Below are positions 1 through 8,470 of a stretch of DNA of 64,000 bases, piece by piece; positions within the stretch are counted from its first letter, which is position 1; every line of letters begins with the position of its first letter. Source of the stretch: an uncultured virus (IMG/VR IMGVR_UViG_3300048576_000587) (lineage: Duplodnaviria; Heunggongvirae; Uroviricota; Caudoviricetes); IMG/VR virus record IMGVR_UViG_3300048576_000587, one strand, 5' to 3'. The notes beneath the pieces are model-generated. The model saw only the letters and a program-made list of their open reading frames with translations. It did not search any database and was not told the origin of the DNA. The position numbers and the translations under genes are program-made.

Positions 1-22
1 TCAACTCCCCCCGCCTCCACCA
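1..22 (+). ncRNA. ssrA: 3' end of tmRNA (or tRNA-Ala), truncated by window edge; probable attL side of the prophage
   Basis: TCAACT-CCCCC-CGCCTCC-A-CCA reads as T-loop, T-stem, acceptor strand with U at position 70 (G3.U70 Ala identity), discriminator A and encoded CCA. CGCCTCCACCA is a typical tmRNA end. Confidence 0.7.
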
Positions 23-1506
23 TTACTAGAAGCGTCCGATGGGATACGAAAAATGATTTTGATGTCATCCGGCGTTAATATAATTTTTTGCACGTTTACA
101 TCAATAATATGCTTCATAATCAAAGGATTATCTCTTTTAAGGAGATGATCCTTATTTGTTTCTAAGTATTCTAAAATTCGTTCCCTAGTGAGCAATCCGG
201 GCTTTTCGGCGTCCAATTCCTGCAACCGGGCCTCTAACAATTCCTTTTCCTTAGACAAAGTATTAAGGCGTGGTCCGGCCACGGTGGCCTCCACGCTTTT
301 AGTCTCAATAGCGTTAAATAGGTTATCAATTCGTTGGGTGACGGCAGTCAAATTAGTTTTTATTTGCTCTATTTCTTCGCTGTTTTTGGCCATCTGTTTT
401 ATATATCGCTCCTGGGCCATGGCGACGATTTTGTCCACTCGCTCCGGATTAAAAAGTTTTTCGAGTTCATCTAGGACGTAATTCTCTATAATTTCCTTAC
501 GGATGTCTTTATTTTTACAATCTCGCTTTTGTTTTCGGCTCACACAACGGTATAATTTATAATGAGCTTTATTTCTACCTGCCACTGTAGCAGTTCCGGT
601 ATAAGCCGCTTGGCACTCTCCACAAAACAGCTTTCCGGTTAAAAGATAAATAGTATCCCCGTGGCGCCGGGGAGATACATGTCTGCGTGTTTTCAAGATA
701 TTTTCAATCCTCCGTCCTAGTTCTTCATTTATTATAGCTGGCATACCGCCAGGAATTCGAATTATTTCATCATCCGATTTACTAGAATGATTATTTTGGG
801 GATTAGAACGACGGTTATAAATATATATCCCCATATATTTCTCATAGTTTCTGACTATTTCGTGTATCGAATTTTTACCAAATGGCTTGCCAGTTTTGGT
901 TTTCATACCGCGCTGTTTCGTGGCATTTATTATAGCGGTTTGGCCTTCTCCTGCTGCAGTCATTTCAAGGATCGTTTGAACTGCTTGCGCTTCCGCCGAA
1001 TTAATGACATAATGTTTGTCAACTATAGAATATCCCAGGAGGGGGACCCCGCCCAAATGCCGCCCCTGATAAGCATATTCTTTCATTTTAGTTTTAACTT
1101 CGCGGGATAAATTTTTGGAATAAAATTCGTTAATACTCTCGAGTAGTCCCTCCAAAAGGGAATCCTCCGGGGAGTCTCCCAGCGGCTGATCTACGGCAAG
1201 TAGTTTTACTCCCTTTGAGCGAAGTTTTTGCTTGTAAATGGCTGAGTCGTAACGATTCCGGGCGAACCGGTCGAGTTTATGTACGAGAACGTAATCAACC
1301 ACGATTCGACCCGATGTGATATCGGAGATCATTTTTAGGAATTGGGGGCGGTCGTCGGTGGTGGCCGATCGGGCCTCATCGATGTATTCCTTGACGATGG
1401 TCACGTTATTTTTTTCGGCCCAGGCGCGGATGGCCCTGAGCTGGGCGGTGATGGATTCCTCGTGTTGATTGGATGATGAGAAACGGGGATAGGCAACGGC
1501 TTTCAT
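1..1506 (-). CDS. Large serine recombinase (prophage integrase)
   Basis: N-terminal YPRFSS catalytic motif, DRFARN, recombinase domain, zinc ribbon (LFCGECQ...YRC) and coiled coil. Confidence 0.95.
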   Translation of the reverse strand: MKAVAYPRFSSSNQHEESITAQLRAIRAWAEKNNVTIVKEYIDEARSATTDDRPQFLKMISDITSGRIVVDYVLVHKLDRFARNRYDSAIYKQKLRSKGVKLLAVDQPLGDSPEDSLLEGLLESINEFYSKNLSREVKTKMKEYAYQGRHLGGVPLLGYSIVDKHYVINSAEAQAVQTILEMTAAGEGQTAIINATKQRGMKTKTGKPFGKNSIHEIVRNYEKYMGIYIYNRRSNPQNNHSSKSDDEIIRIPGGMPAIINEELGRRIENILKTRRHVSPRRHGDTIYLLTGKLFCGECQAAYTGTATVAGRNKAHYKLYRCVSRKQKRDCKNKDIRKEIIENYVLDELEKLFNPERVDKIVAMAQERYIKQMAKNSEEIEQIKTNLTAVTQRIDNLFNAIETKSVEATVAGPRLNTLSKEKELLEARLQELDAEKPGLLTRERILEYLETNKDHLLKRDNPLIMKHIIDVNVQKIILTPDDIKIIFRIPSDASSNGGGGGS

Positions 1507-1841
1507 TTTGTAGTCGAAACTATAATAGTATTGTATTTCTTTAACATTTCTTGATACATAAGCAGTTCGGAACTCACTCTAGAGATGCGACTAAAATCAG
1601 CCACGATAATTTCGATGGATTCATCTTTATTTTCTTTGACATCTTGAATCAGTCTTTGAAATTCCGGGCGGTCCATCGAAAGACCTGAAAAACCATCGTC
1701 GATATACGTTTTAGTAATTACAATTCCATTTTCAGCGGCATATGTTTGAATAAGTTTCTGTTGTTTTTGGATGCGTTCGGCGCTTTGGTCCGTGGAAGCG
1801 GTTCGGATATAAGCAAATGAACTCATTTTATTTTTCCTCAT
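1503..1841 (-). CDS. Stand-alone resolvase-like (serine recombinase catalytic-fold) protein
   Basis: AYIRTAST...YIDDGFSG...DRPEFQRLI...DFSRISR matches the resolvase N-terminal domain; no DNA-binding domain follows. Confidence 0.8.
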   Translation of the reverse strand: MRKNKMSSFAYIRTASTDQSAERIQKQQKLIQTYAAENGIVITKTYIDDGFSGLSMDRPEFQRLIQDVKENKDESIEIIVADFSRISRVSSELLMYQEMLKKYNTIIVSTTK

Positions 1842-2092
1842 TTCTGGAGATATTCTTGAAATTGTTGTAGATTGGATTTTTGATTTTTCTTTTCAATTTC
1901 ATCTAGAATTTTTTGAGCTTCTATAATTCTTTTTGAGCGATCTTTAATTGGATAAACAGTTCCCGTCCAACGATCTAAAATGAAACTTGCATTTTGGACT
2001 GTATATCGGGTTGAAAGTGCATAAATACTTGATACGGTTATAATTGAAACTAAAGTTAAAACGGCAATAATTTTCCAAAAAACATCTTTCAT
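1838..2092 (-). CDS. Small membrane-anchored hypothetical protein of the lysogeny operon
   Basis: N-terminal hydrophobic segment, GGAG RBS, ATGA overlap with the next gene. Confidence 0.65.
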   Translation of the reverse strand: MKDVFWKIIAVLTLVSIITVSSIYALSTRYTVQNASFILDRWTGTVYPIKDRSKRIIEAQKILDEIEKKNQKSNLQQFQEYLQK

Positions 2093-2158
2093 AATTATCT
2101 CCTTTAATTTCAGTTACTTTCCGTTAATATTTGTTATTTTCATTTTGTTATCGAGTGA

Positions 2159-2178
2159 TATAATAGAACACGTGTTCG
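2159..2178 (+). promoter_or_regulatory. -10 box (TATAAT) immediately followed by a Firmicute-type LexA (SOS/Cheo) box
   Basis: TATAAT 2159-2164, then AGAACACGTGTTCG 2165-2178, matching GAAC-N4-GTTC. Confidence 0.75.
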
Positions 2179-2290
2179 AAATATCGAAGGGGGTATCGTC
2201 TTGATTAAATTCAAAAAACTTCCTAAAGGTATTTATAAGACAGATTTTACTTTTAATAAACACAAAATTACATACATATCGATTGTTAAT

Positions 2291-2614
2291 TTATTTTTTC
2301 GATTTTTTCATCTTTTTCTTAAACATTTCGGCTAATTGCCGAAGATATTGCTGCTCCTCTTCCTCTAGTTCCGATATATCCAGAACGTCCCCCGTCACCT
2401 TATAGGCTTTAATAGTCATTTCTCTACCAAGTAGATAATCAACGGTAACGCTAAAAAAATCGGCTATTTTTTTTAAAGTTTCATAGTCGGGTTCCCTTTT
2501 GTCGGACTCATATAATGAAATAGTGGAGTCGGCTAATTTTAATGTTTTAGCCAATTCAATCTGTGTTAAATTCTGCTGTTCTCTTAATTGTTTTAGTGTA
2601 ATTCCAAGGCTCAT
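2291..2614 (-). CDS. cI-like XRE-family repressor with no peptidase domain
   Basis: LKQLREQQNLTQIELAKTL...TISLYESDKREPD...VDYLLG HTH; divergent from the cro-like gene; ATG at 2614 follows a GAGG RBS. Confidence 0.9.
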   Translation of the reverse strand: MSLGITLKQLREQQNLTQIELAKTLKLADSTISLYESDKREPDYETLKKIADFFSVTVDYLLGREMTIKAYKVTGDVLDISELEEEEQQYLRQLAEMFKKKMKKSKK

Positions 2615-2644
2615 GTGTTGTACCTCTTTTACAAAATTATAAAC

Positions 2645-3000
2645 TTTACAGATAGCAAATAAAAGCAACTTTGCAAAAAGTAAATTTTTTTATTTGCACT
2701 ATTGACAGTTTGTAAAGTTAGAGGTATTATAAAATCATTCTTTACAGAATGCAAAGTAGAAAGGAAACATAAATGAGTAATATAAAAAAATTACGCAAAG
2801 AAAAACGTAAAGATTCCAATATAAAGGGTGAATTTACTTGTTCCTATATGGCTCGAAAGCTTAATATTTCTGAAAGTTATTACAGCTTAATTGAAAATAA
2901 CAAGCGTAGACTGACTTTAGAAATGGCAGCATCAATTGCATCTATATTTGAAGTTCCCATTAGCGATTTAATTTTGTCCAATGATTTGACGGATTGCAAA
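2645..3000. promoter_or_regulatory. Repressor operator array and rightward promoter
   Basis: Five related 15-bp imperfect palindromes TT(T/G)AC-N5-G(C/T)AAA at 2645, 2670 (reverse), 2702, 2741 and 2986; TTGACA(2702)-17 bp-TATTAT(2725). Confidence 0.75.
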
Positions 3001-3039
3001 GTTAATAATGAAGAATCCGCGACCAGCGAATCCGCCTAA
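2773..3039 (+). CDS. Cro-like XRE HTH regulator
   Basis: MARKLNISESYYSLIENNKRRLTLEMAASIASIF; first gene of the divergent lytic operon. Confidence 0.85.
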   Translation: MSNIKKLRKEKRKDSNIKGEFTCSYMARKLNISESYYSLIENNKRRLTLEMAASIASIFEVPISDLILSNDLTDCKVNNEESATSESA

Positions 3040-3062
3040 CCGGCCATACAGACCCTCCTTAA

Positions 3063-3390
3063 TATAGCCGGACACCAAGCCGGCCCTTTTCAGAAGGCTA
3101 TCCGGTGCGCAAGCCATTGCAGCCCGGGACACCGGCAACGAGTACTGGATAGCTTTCTGAAAGGGGATACCCCCTAAAAAGAAAGGTTGGTAATAGCAAG
3201 GAATTTATAGCCGGTAAAACCGGCCTCTTTTAAAAAGGTTATCCGGGCAGGCGGCGAGTTGAAACGCACAGACGGCGCGACAAGGGATATAAATACATAG
3301 AGATTGGCACTATGTATCCGCCCCCACGTTTGATTCCGGGTACGAATAGCCAAACGGACACCGGCACCGGATAACCCTTTTAAAGGAGGC
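3063..3390 (+). ncRNA. Two tandem homologous structured RNA elements (candidate)
   Basis: 25-bp stem 3084-3108/3142-3166 and 24-bp stem 3223-3246/3367-3390, each preceded by a TATAGCCGG..CCGGC hairpin; G.U pairs favour the + strand. Confidence 0.65.
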
Positions 3391-3448
3391 AGGACATGTT
3401 TCTCCAAAAGCGCGACCTGATTCTCCCTAAATTTCAAAGAAAGGAGGG

Positions 3449-3631
3449 TTGACGATGGAGAAGGTAGCTCAAACCGAAGATTCCGAAATGGATCAGTTAG
3501 AAGCTTTAGAGACCATTGCCGAGGAATTGACCGAATTGATGAATGTCTGGGGCGACACTGACCCGGTAGATCGGAAATTGAAGCTGGATGAAATTTCGAC
3601 GGCGTTGATTGAAGCCATAAAGATGGAGTAA
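3449..3631 (+). CDS. Small acidic hypothetical protein
   Basis: ORF with AGGAGG RBS in the early operon. Confidence 0.6.
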   Translation: MTMEKVAQTEDSEMDQLEALETIAEELTELMNVWGDTDPVDRKLKLDEISTALIEAIKME

Positions 3632-3718
3632 AAACGGGAGCGGCGTATCGCTCCCAAGAAGGGTTTACTGGCAAGTAAATCCTTCTTGGGGATGACACAT
3701 CGACATGGAGGCTAAATA

Positions 3719-3916
3719 ATGGTTGATTTACTCGCGGTGACATACAAACGCCCCACCCGCCTGGGCGAACCGGCCAAGATGATCAGTCAGCAGGTGATCG
3801 GCCAGGAGGACAAGGACGGACGGGAAATTGATGAGGCTTGGGTGGATTTTATTTTGGATGGTATGCGGGAGCGGGGAATGCTCCCGCATCAAGAGGGAGA
3901 GTTGAAGACGGTTTGA
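3719..3916 (+). CDS. Hypothetical early protein
   Basis: ORF with GGAGG RBS. Confidence 0.6.
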   Translation: MVDLLAVTYKRPTRLGEPAKMISQQVIGQEDKDGREIDEAWVDFILDGMRERGMLPHQEGELKTV

Positions 3917-4031
3917 TTCGGGGTTGAAATCGGAGGGGCCGTTCGCGGTACTTTCGATTTGGATTATATACCCAAGAAAAATTTTTTTAAATAGTCAATA
4001 TTACCGGAACTTACCGAAAGGAGGTGGAGCT

Positions 4032-4235
4032 ATGAATTACAAGGGAATTCGTCAACAGTTACGGATGACTCAAGAGGAATTTGCGTTACTGGTAGGCTTT
4101 ACCGCAAAATCAGTCAGCAGATACGAACGGGGCTTAATCGACCCGCCTGACAAATTTGTGCGGAACGTGAGGGACATCAATAAAAGTTTGAATAATCAAA
4201 AAAGGACCGTTCTCTCAAAACGGTCCCTGACGTAA
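4032..4235 (+). CDS. XRE-family HTH protein
   Basis: IRQQLRMTQEEFALLVGFTAKSVSRYERG; AGGAGG RBS before ATG 4032. Confidence 0.8.
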   Translation: MNYKGIRQQLRMTQEEFALLVGFTAKSVSRYERGLIDPPDKFVRNVRDINKSLNNQKRTVLSKRSLT

Positions 4236-4296
4236 GAATTGGACAACTCAAAACGTCTGTGTTTTCTATTTTAGCACAGTATGGAGGTTTAATCAA

Positions 4297-4437
4297 ATGG
4301 TATCAGCACACGGGACAGTGATTATTTTATCGGCCATTAGGGCGGAGAATCAAACCAAAAGTTTGATTGCCTCCTTTGCCGGTACGGTGCGTGAATTGCA
4401 GAAAAAGCTTGTGAAAGAAGGTGTTGTTTTTGAGTAA
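4297..4437 (+). CDS. 46-aa hypothetical protein (below the ORF-track cutoff)
   Basis: GGAGG RBS and ATG, MVSAHGTVIILSAIRAEN...; overlaps the next start. Confidence 0.5.
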   Translation: MVSAHGTVIILSAIRAENQTKSLIASFAGTVRELQKKLVKEGVVFE

Positions 4438-4822
4438 GATTGATGAATTTAATCAGGCCAAAGCAACAGCGGTAAATATTGAATAAAATTTAACTCGTGC
4501 TATGGCGAACGGTGATTTGGGTGGCGGGTCAGAGTTTGAATTGACGTTCCAAGGAATTTTTACAGGAAACCACAATGAAGTCGCGGTTTTAAATTTAGTT
4601 GGAATTTGTATTGACAAACCAACGGTTGATTATTTGACGAAAGCCATTAATAACCGGCTTCATGAACTTGCCCAAGACGCGATTAAACTTGCCAAGGACA
4701 ACGCCGAACAGGCCAGGCTAGATGCAGTCGAGGAGGCCAGGGAAGTAATCGGGGAACTGACTTCTTACGAAGAACAATTTTTACCTGAAATATGGCCAAA
4801 AGACGAACCGTTACCGTTTTAA
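4430..4822 (+). pseudogene. Hypothetical gene interrupted by an in-frame TAA
   Basis: TTG 4430 with GAAGGTG RBS reads MSKIDEFNQAKATAVNIE*NLTRAMANG..., in frame with ORF 4502-4822, whose ATG lacks an RBS. Confidence 0.5.
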
Positions 4823-4875
4823 CAATCCACCATCTCCCGGCCCGTCCGGGATGATGGTCTTAATTATTTTAGGAG

Positions 4876-5169
4876 GTGTCGAATGTTATGGACATTTTTG
4901 ATTATGTAAGAAAGATTACAGAAATGACAGGGATTAAGCTTGATAAAAATCATCTTTCTGTAACTATTTTAGGAGAAAATTTGGCGGATATTTCTTTTCA
5001 TGCTTTTAAATCAGCCGCTGACGCTGAATTTGTACTTAGTAAAATATCAGATCAAGTTCCCACGCATGTAGAAGGTGAAACATCAAATTGGTGTTTTATT
5101 GATGTGGAAAAGTTCCACATTACGGCTTTTTATAAGGGAGGGAATTCAGATGTCACCCAACCCGCTTGA
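4876..5169 (+). CDS. Hypothetical protein (likely start ATG 4888)
   Basis: AGGAGG RBS and operon position. Confidence 0.6.
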   Translation: MSNVMDIFDYVRKITEMTGIKLDKNHLSVTILGENLADISFHAFKSAADAEFVLSKISDQVPTHVEGETSNWCFIDVEKFHITAFYKGGNSDVTQPA

Positions 5170-5458
5170 TGAACGAGTTATCGGACGGTGCGCCGGATGT
5201 GATGGTGATATTTACGATGGAGAAGAGTTTCGTTATATTACCCTCCTTCCCGGCACCAGGAAAAAGATTCATGAAGATTTTTCATGTTTTAAGTTAGTGC
5301 TGGACGCCAAAACACCGGAGGAGGAGGCCGAACATCCCAGGCCGGTGAAATTTGTTTCCGTTGATATTTACGGGAATAACGGGACGCGAAGTTATTTTAA
5401 GTCGGAAGATCCGGAAATGGATGAGATATTGAGGGATTGCTTACCGGAAATCAGGTAA
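5150..5458 (+). CDS. Putative zinc-binding hypothetical protein
   Basis: CAGC...HEDFSC; GGGAGG RBS. Confidence 0.6.
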   Translation: MSPNPLDERVIGRCAGCDGDIYDGEEFRYITLLPGTRKKIHEDFSCFKLVLDAKTPEEEAEHPRPVKFVSVDIYGNNGTRSYFKSEDPEMDEILRDCLPEIR

Positions 5459-5492
5459 TTGATTTGAAAATTAGAATAAGGAGTGAACGACA

Positions 5493-6278
5493 ATGAAAGA
5501 ATTAGCCACAAAGATCGTCGCCATAATGGATGAATGCCGGTACGTACAAAAGACCGGCCAAAACACTTTCCACGGATATAAGTATGCTACTGCCGCCGAT
5601 GTGCTGGACAAAGTGAATGCTGCTTTAGTAAAACATCGTGTGGCGGTTTTTCCCGTAGCGGAAATTACTGATTTTAGGGATACCGTAAACTCCAAAGGGA
5701 ATACGGAGCATTTAGCAACCGTTAAAACTACACTTACTATTGTTGATTCTGATTCTGGTCAATCAACTCAAACGGTTGGTTTTGGTAGTGGTCAAGATAT
5801 TGGAGATAAGGCGGTTATGAAAGCTCAAACCGCTTCAATGAAGTATGCTTGGATGATGTTTCTCCAAATTTCCACCGGCGACGATCCGGAGGCTGATCCT
5901 GGAGTTGACCAACGAAGTAGCGCTGACTCTCAATCAACAGGTAAAAAGGCACCAAGTACCGGTGGTAATTCATCTACTCCACCAGCTTCTTCTACTCCTT
6001 CATCCTCCGGAGGTCAAAAAAAGCTTTCTGAATCGCAAATTAATCGTTTTTATTCTATCGTAAAAGCTGTTGGTGCAACGAATGATGAAGCAAAATTTGT
6101 TCAGGATAGTTTAGTTCCTAAAAATCGGGATGCTAAAGGGAAGTTTATTTGGGACACGGTTACAAAAGCACAATACGATTTATTGTGTAACGCATTTGAA
6201 AAAGGCACTTGGAAAACGATGACAGCTAATGTTCCAAACGTGCCCAGTTTAGCAGCGTCGGGAGGTGCGAAACTATGA
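5493..6278 (+). CDS. ERF-family single-strand annealing protein
   Basis: VQKTGQNTFHGYKYA...GSGQDIGDKAVMKAQTASMKY...ISTGDDPE. Confidence 0.9.
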   Translation: MKELATKIVAIMDECRYVQKTGQNTFHGYKYATAADVLDKVNAALVKHRVAVFPVAEITDFRDTVNSKGNTEHLATVKTTLTIVDSDSGQSTQTVGFGSGQDIGDKAVMKAQTASMKYAWMMFLQISTGDDPEADPGVDQRSSADSQSTGKKAPSTGGNSSTPPASSTPSSSGGQKKLSESQINRFYSIVKAVGATNDEAKFVQDSLVPKNRDAKGKFIWDTVTKAQYDLLCNAFEKGTWKTMTANVPNVPSLAASGGAKL

Positions 6279-8470
6279 TTACGAAAGTCATCTTTGAAAA
6301 TTATAAAGGTAAAACCGGTAGCCAAGAACTTACCGGTTTTGACCTGTTCATTGGAAGAAATGGGCGAGGGAAATCAAGGGTTTTAGAAATGTTGCCATTT
6401 ACCATGTTGGGGTATATTCCCCCAAATAGTAAAAACGAGTCCGAAACATTTAAGTTTTCATCTTCCGACACCCAAATGGGTGGCGGAATAGTATTAGATA
6501 CTGGGTTTAGTTGTGTACGGCGATTGATTCGGAACTGCAAGCGAAAAAAGAAGACCCGGGAGATCGAAATCAAATATTCCCAGGAGATTAGTTTTTCTCC
6601 TTCCCGCGAAGAATCGTCTTTAGGCCAGAAACGGGAACGTATAGCCAGTGAAGTCGGAAGTTTTTCGGCCATGTTTGATTTTGACACTTTTCTTAAATTG
6701 TCCGGGCCGGAACGTAGAAAGTTCATAGCAGGATTATCACCAATTTTCACAGATAAATGGGATCGGGCGACGATTGAAACCCATCTAAAAAAACAATTAT
6801 TAACCACAACCCTTAAGAAAAACAATTTAGATGAATACAAAATCACGGAAGAAATGATTAACCAGGCTATAGCCAAATATCCGAATGATTTTTCCGCTCA
6901 AGATGGAATCCAAGCAATTTTAGGGTGGCTTAAAACTACAAAGGATAATTGGGAGCAAAAAGCTGGGGACGCCGAAGGAGTGGTTAATCTATTATCCGAG
7001 AAAAAGAATCAATCCGATTTAAATGACCGGGATTTACTCAAATACAAAGCGGAACAAGACCGATTAAACGAAGAACATCTGAAATTGGAAAAAAGTATTT
7101 CAGCCGACCGCGAACGCGAAAAGAACATAAATGCCCGGAATGACCGGATTAATGAACTTAACCGATTGATAGAAAAACTGGAAAGCACCGAAATTTCTAC
7201 AGATACTTTTGATATTGACGCCCAAATTCAAGAAACACGTCAGAAACTGGATTCTTTTGATTATAGCACACAATATAATCAACTCAAAGAAGAAGGCACT
7301 TCCAAAAAAGTTCAAGCGGAGATTCTTAAAGGGAAATATGATTCGCTGGTTTCTCAAAAACAAAATTTTGAAGCTGCCTTTAAAGCTCTTAAAACAGCGA
7401 AGAATACCATTGTGAATTTAAAAGGTTGCTGTATCGTAGACCCGGAACGGAAAAAGTGTGCAGAAGATTTCACTGGTTATATGGATTTCGTTGACGGCAA
7501 AATTTTAGAAGGAAATCAATATATCGAGTCAATTGATCAGGATATTGCCGTCGCTGCTGATAGTTATAAGCGGATAGCGGATGAACTTCAAGCCATTGTG
7601 GATCAAATGAACTCTACCATGGAAGCAATGAAACAGGCTAATGAAAACAACCGGGTAATTAATCAGCAGCTTGCCGAACTTGAACAGCAAAAAAACGAAA
7701 GATTGAATGCTATTCAAAAACGGGATGAAATGGTGATCTTTTACCGGAATGAATTAGTACCTTTAAACAGTCTGTCTATGGCTGAACCTCCTTTGTCCGA
7801 TTTAACTCAAGCCGAAAATCGGGTTAATGAAATTAATGAGCGACTTGAAACTGTAAATGGTCTTATAGACAAGGCTACACAGGTTAAAGAAGATTTACTT
7901 TTAATTCAAAAAAGCCTAATTGAAAAACGAGATGCTTCTTATCGCGTGGACGGCTTGGAAGCTATTAAGGATGAGTTAGGGTATAAAGGGATACTGGGAG
8001 AAATCGTAAAGGAAGCGATTGAACCTCTCCAGGCCAACATGCAAAAATATTTAAAAAAAATGGGGTTTGACTATCCGGCCTTTTTTGAAACCGAATCAGA
8101 GACCGGCCAAGAAGTTTTTCTTTTTGGTTGGATTGTGAATGACCGGCGAATATATTTTGATACTCTTTCAATCGCTCAGAAAATTATGTATCTCGCTGCG
8201 TTGGTGACAGTGATTGTTGACCTTGCCAATCCTAAGACAAGAGTATTATCCATTGATCGCTGTGATGATCTGGATAAGTACAATTTTAAACTGGCAATCG
8301 AGGGATTAACCCAGCTTAAACCTCAGTACGACAATATCATCCTCGCTGGGGACGTTAAAGGCGATCTGGTCTTCCCGAAGGATTGGGAATCTCTTCCCGA
8401 GTTTTTTATTGGTGATTGCAAAGTATGGAATCTTACTCCGGAGGTGAACGTAAATGAAATGTCAGTTTGA
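6275..8470 (+). CDS. SMC/Rad50(SbcC)-like coiled-coil ATPase
   Basis: N-terminal Walker A GRNGRGKS, long coiled coil with central Cys cluster, C-terminal LSIAQK signature and IDRCDDLD Walker B/D-loop-like segment. Confidence 0.8.
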   Translation: MITKVIFENYKGKTGSQELTGFDLFIGRNGRGKSRVLEMLPFTMLGYIPPNSKNESETFKFSSSDTQMGGGIVLDTGFSCVRRLIRNCKRKKKTREIEIKYSQEISFSPSREESSLGQKRERIASEVGSFSAMFDFDTFLKLSGPERRKFIAGLSPIFTDKWDRATIETHLKKQLLTTTLKKNNLDEYKITEEMINQAIAKYPNDFSAQDGIQAILGWLKTTKDNWEQKAGDAEGVVNLLSEKKNQSDLNDRDLLKYKAEQDRLNEEHLKLEKSISADREREKNINARNDRINELNRLIEKLESTEISTDTFDIDAQIQETRQKLDSFDYSTQYNQLKEEGTSKKVQAEILKGKYDSLVSQKQNFEAAFKALKTAKNTIVNLKGCCIVDPERKKCAEDFTGYMDFVDGKILEGNQYIESIDQDIAVAADSYKRIADELQAIVDQMNSTMEAMKQANENNRVINQQLAELEQQKNERLNAIQKRDEMVIFYRNELVPLNSLSMAEPPLSDLTQAENRVNEINERLETVNGLIDKATQVKEDLLLIQKSLIEKRDASYRVDGLEAIKDELGYKGILGEIVKEAIEPLQANMQKYLKKMGFDYPAFFETESETGQEVFLFGWIVNDRRIYFDTLSIAQKIMYLAALVTVIVDLANPKTRVLSIDRCDDLDKYNFKLAIEGLTQLKPQYDNIILAGDVKGDLVFPKDWESLPEFFIGDCKVWNLTPEVNVNEMSV

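Noticed and set aside
3174..3743. 189-aa minus-strand ORF
   Set aside because: No recognisable motif or RBS; it lies antisense to the structured elements and to RBS-supported + strand genes
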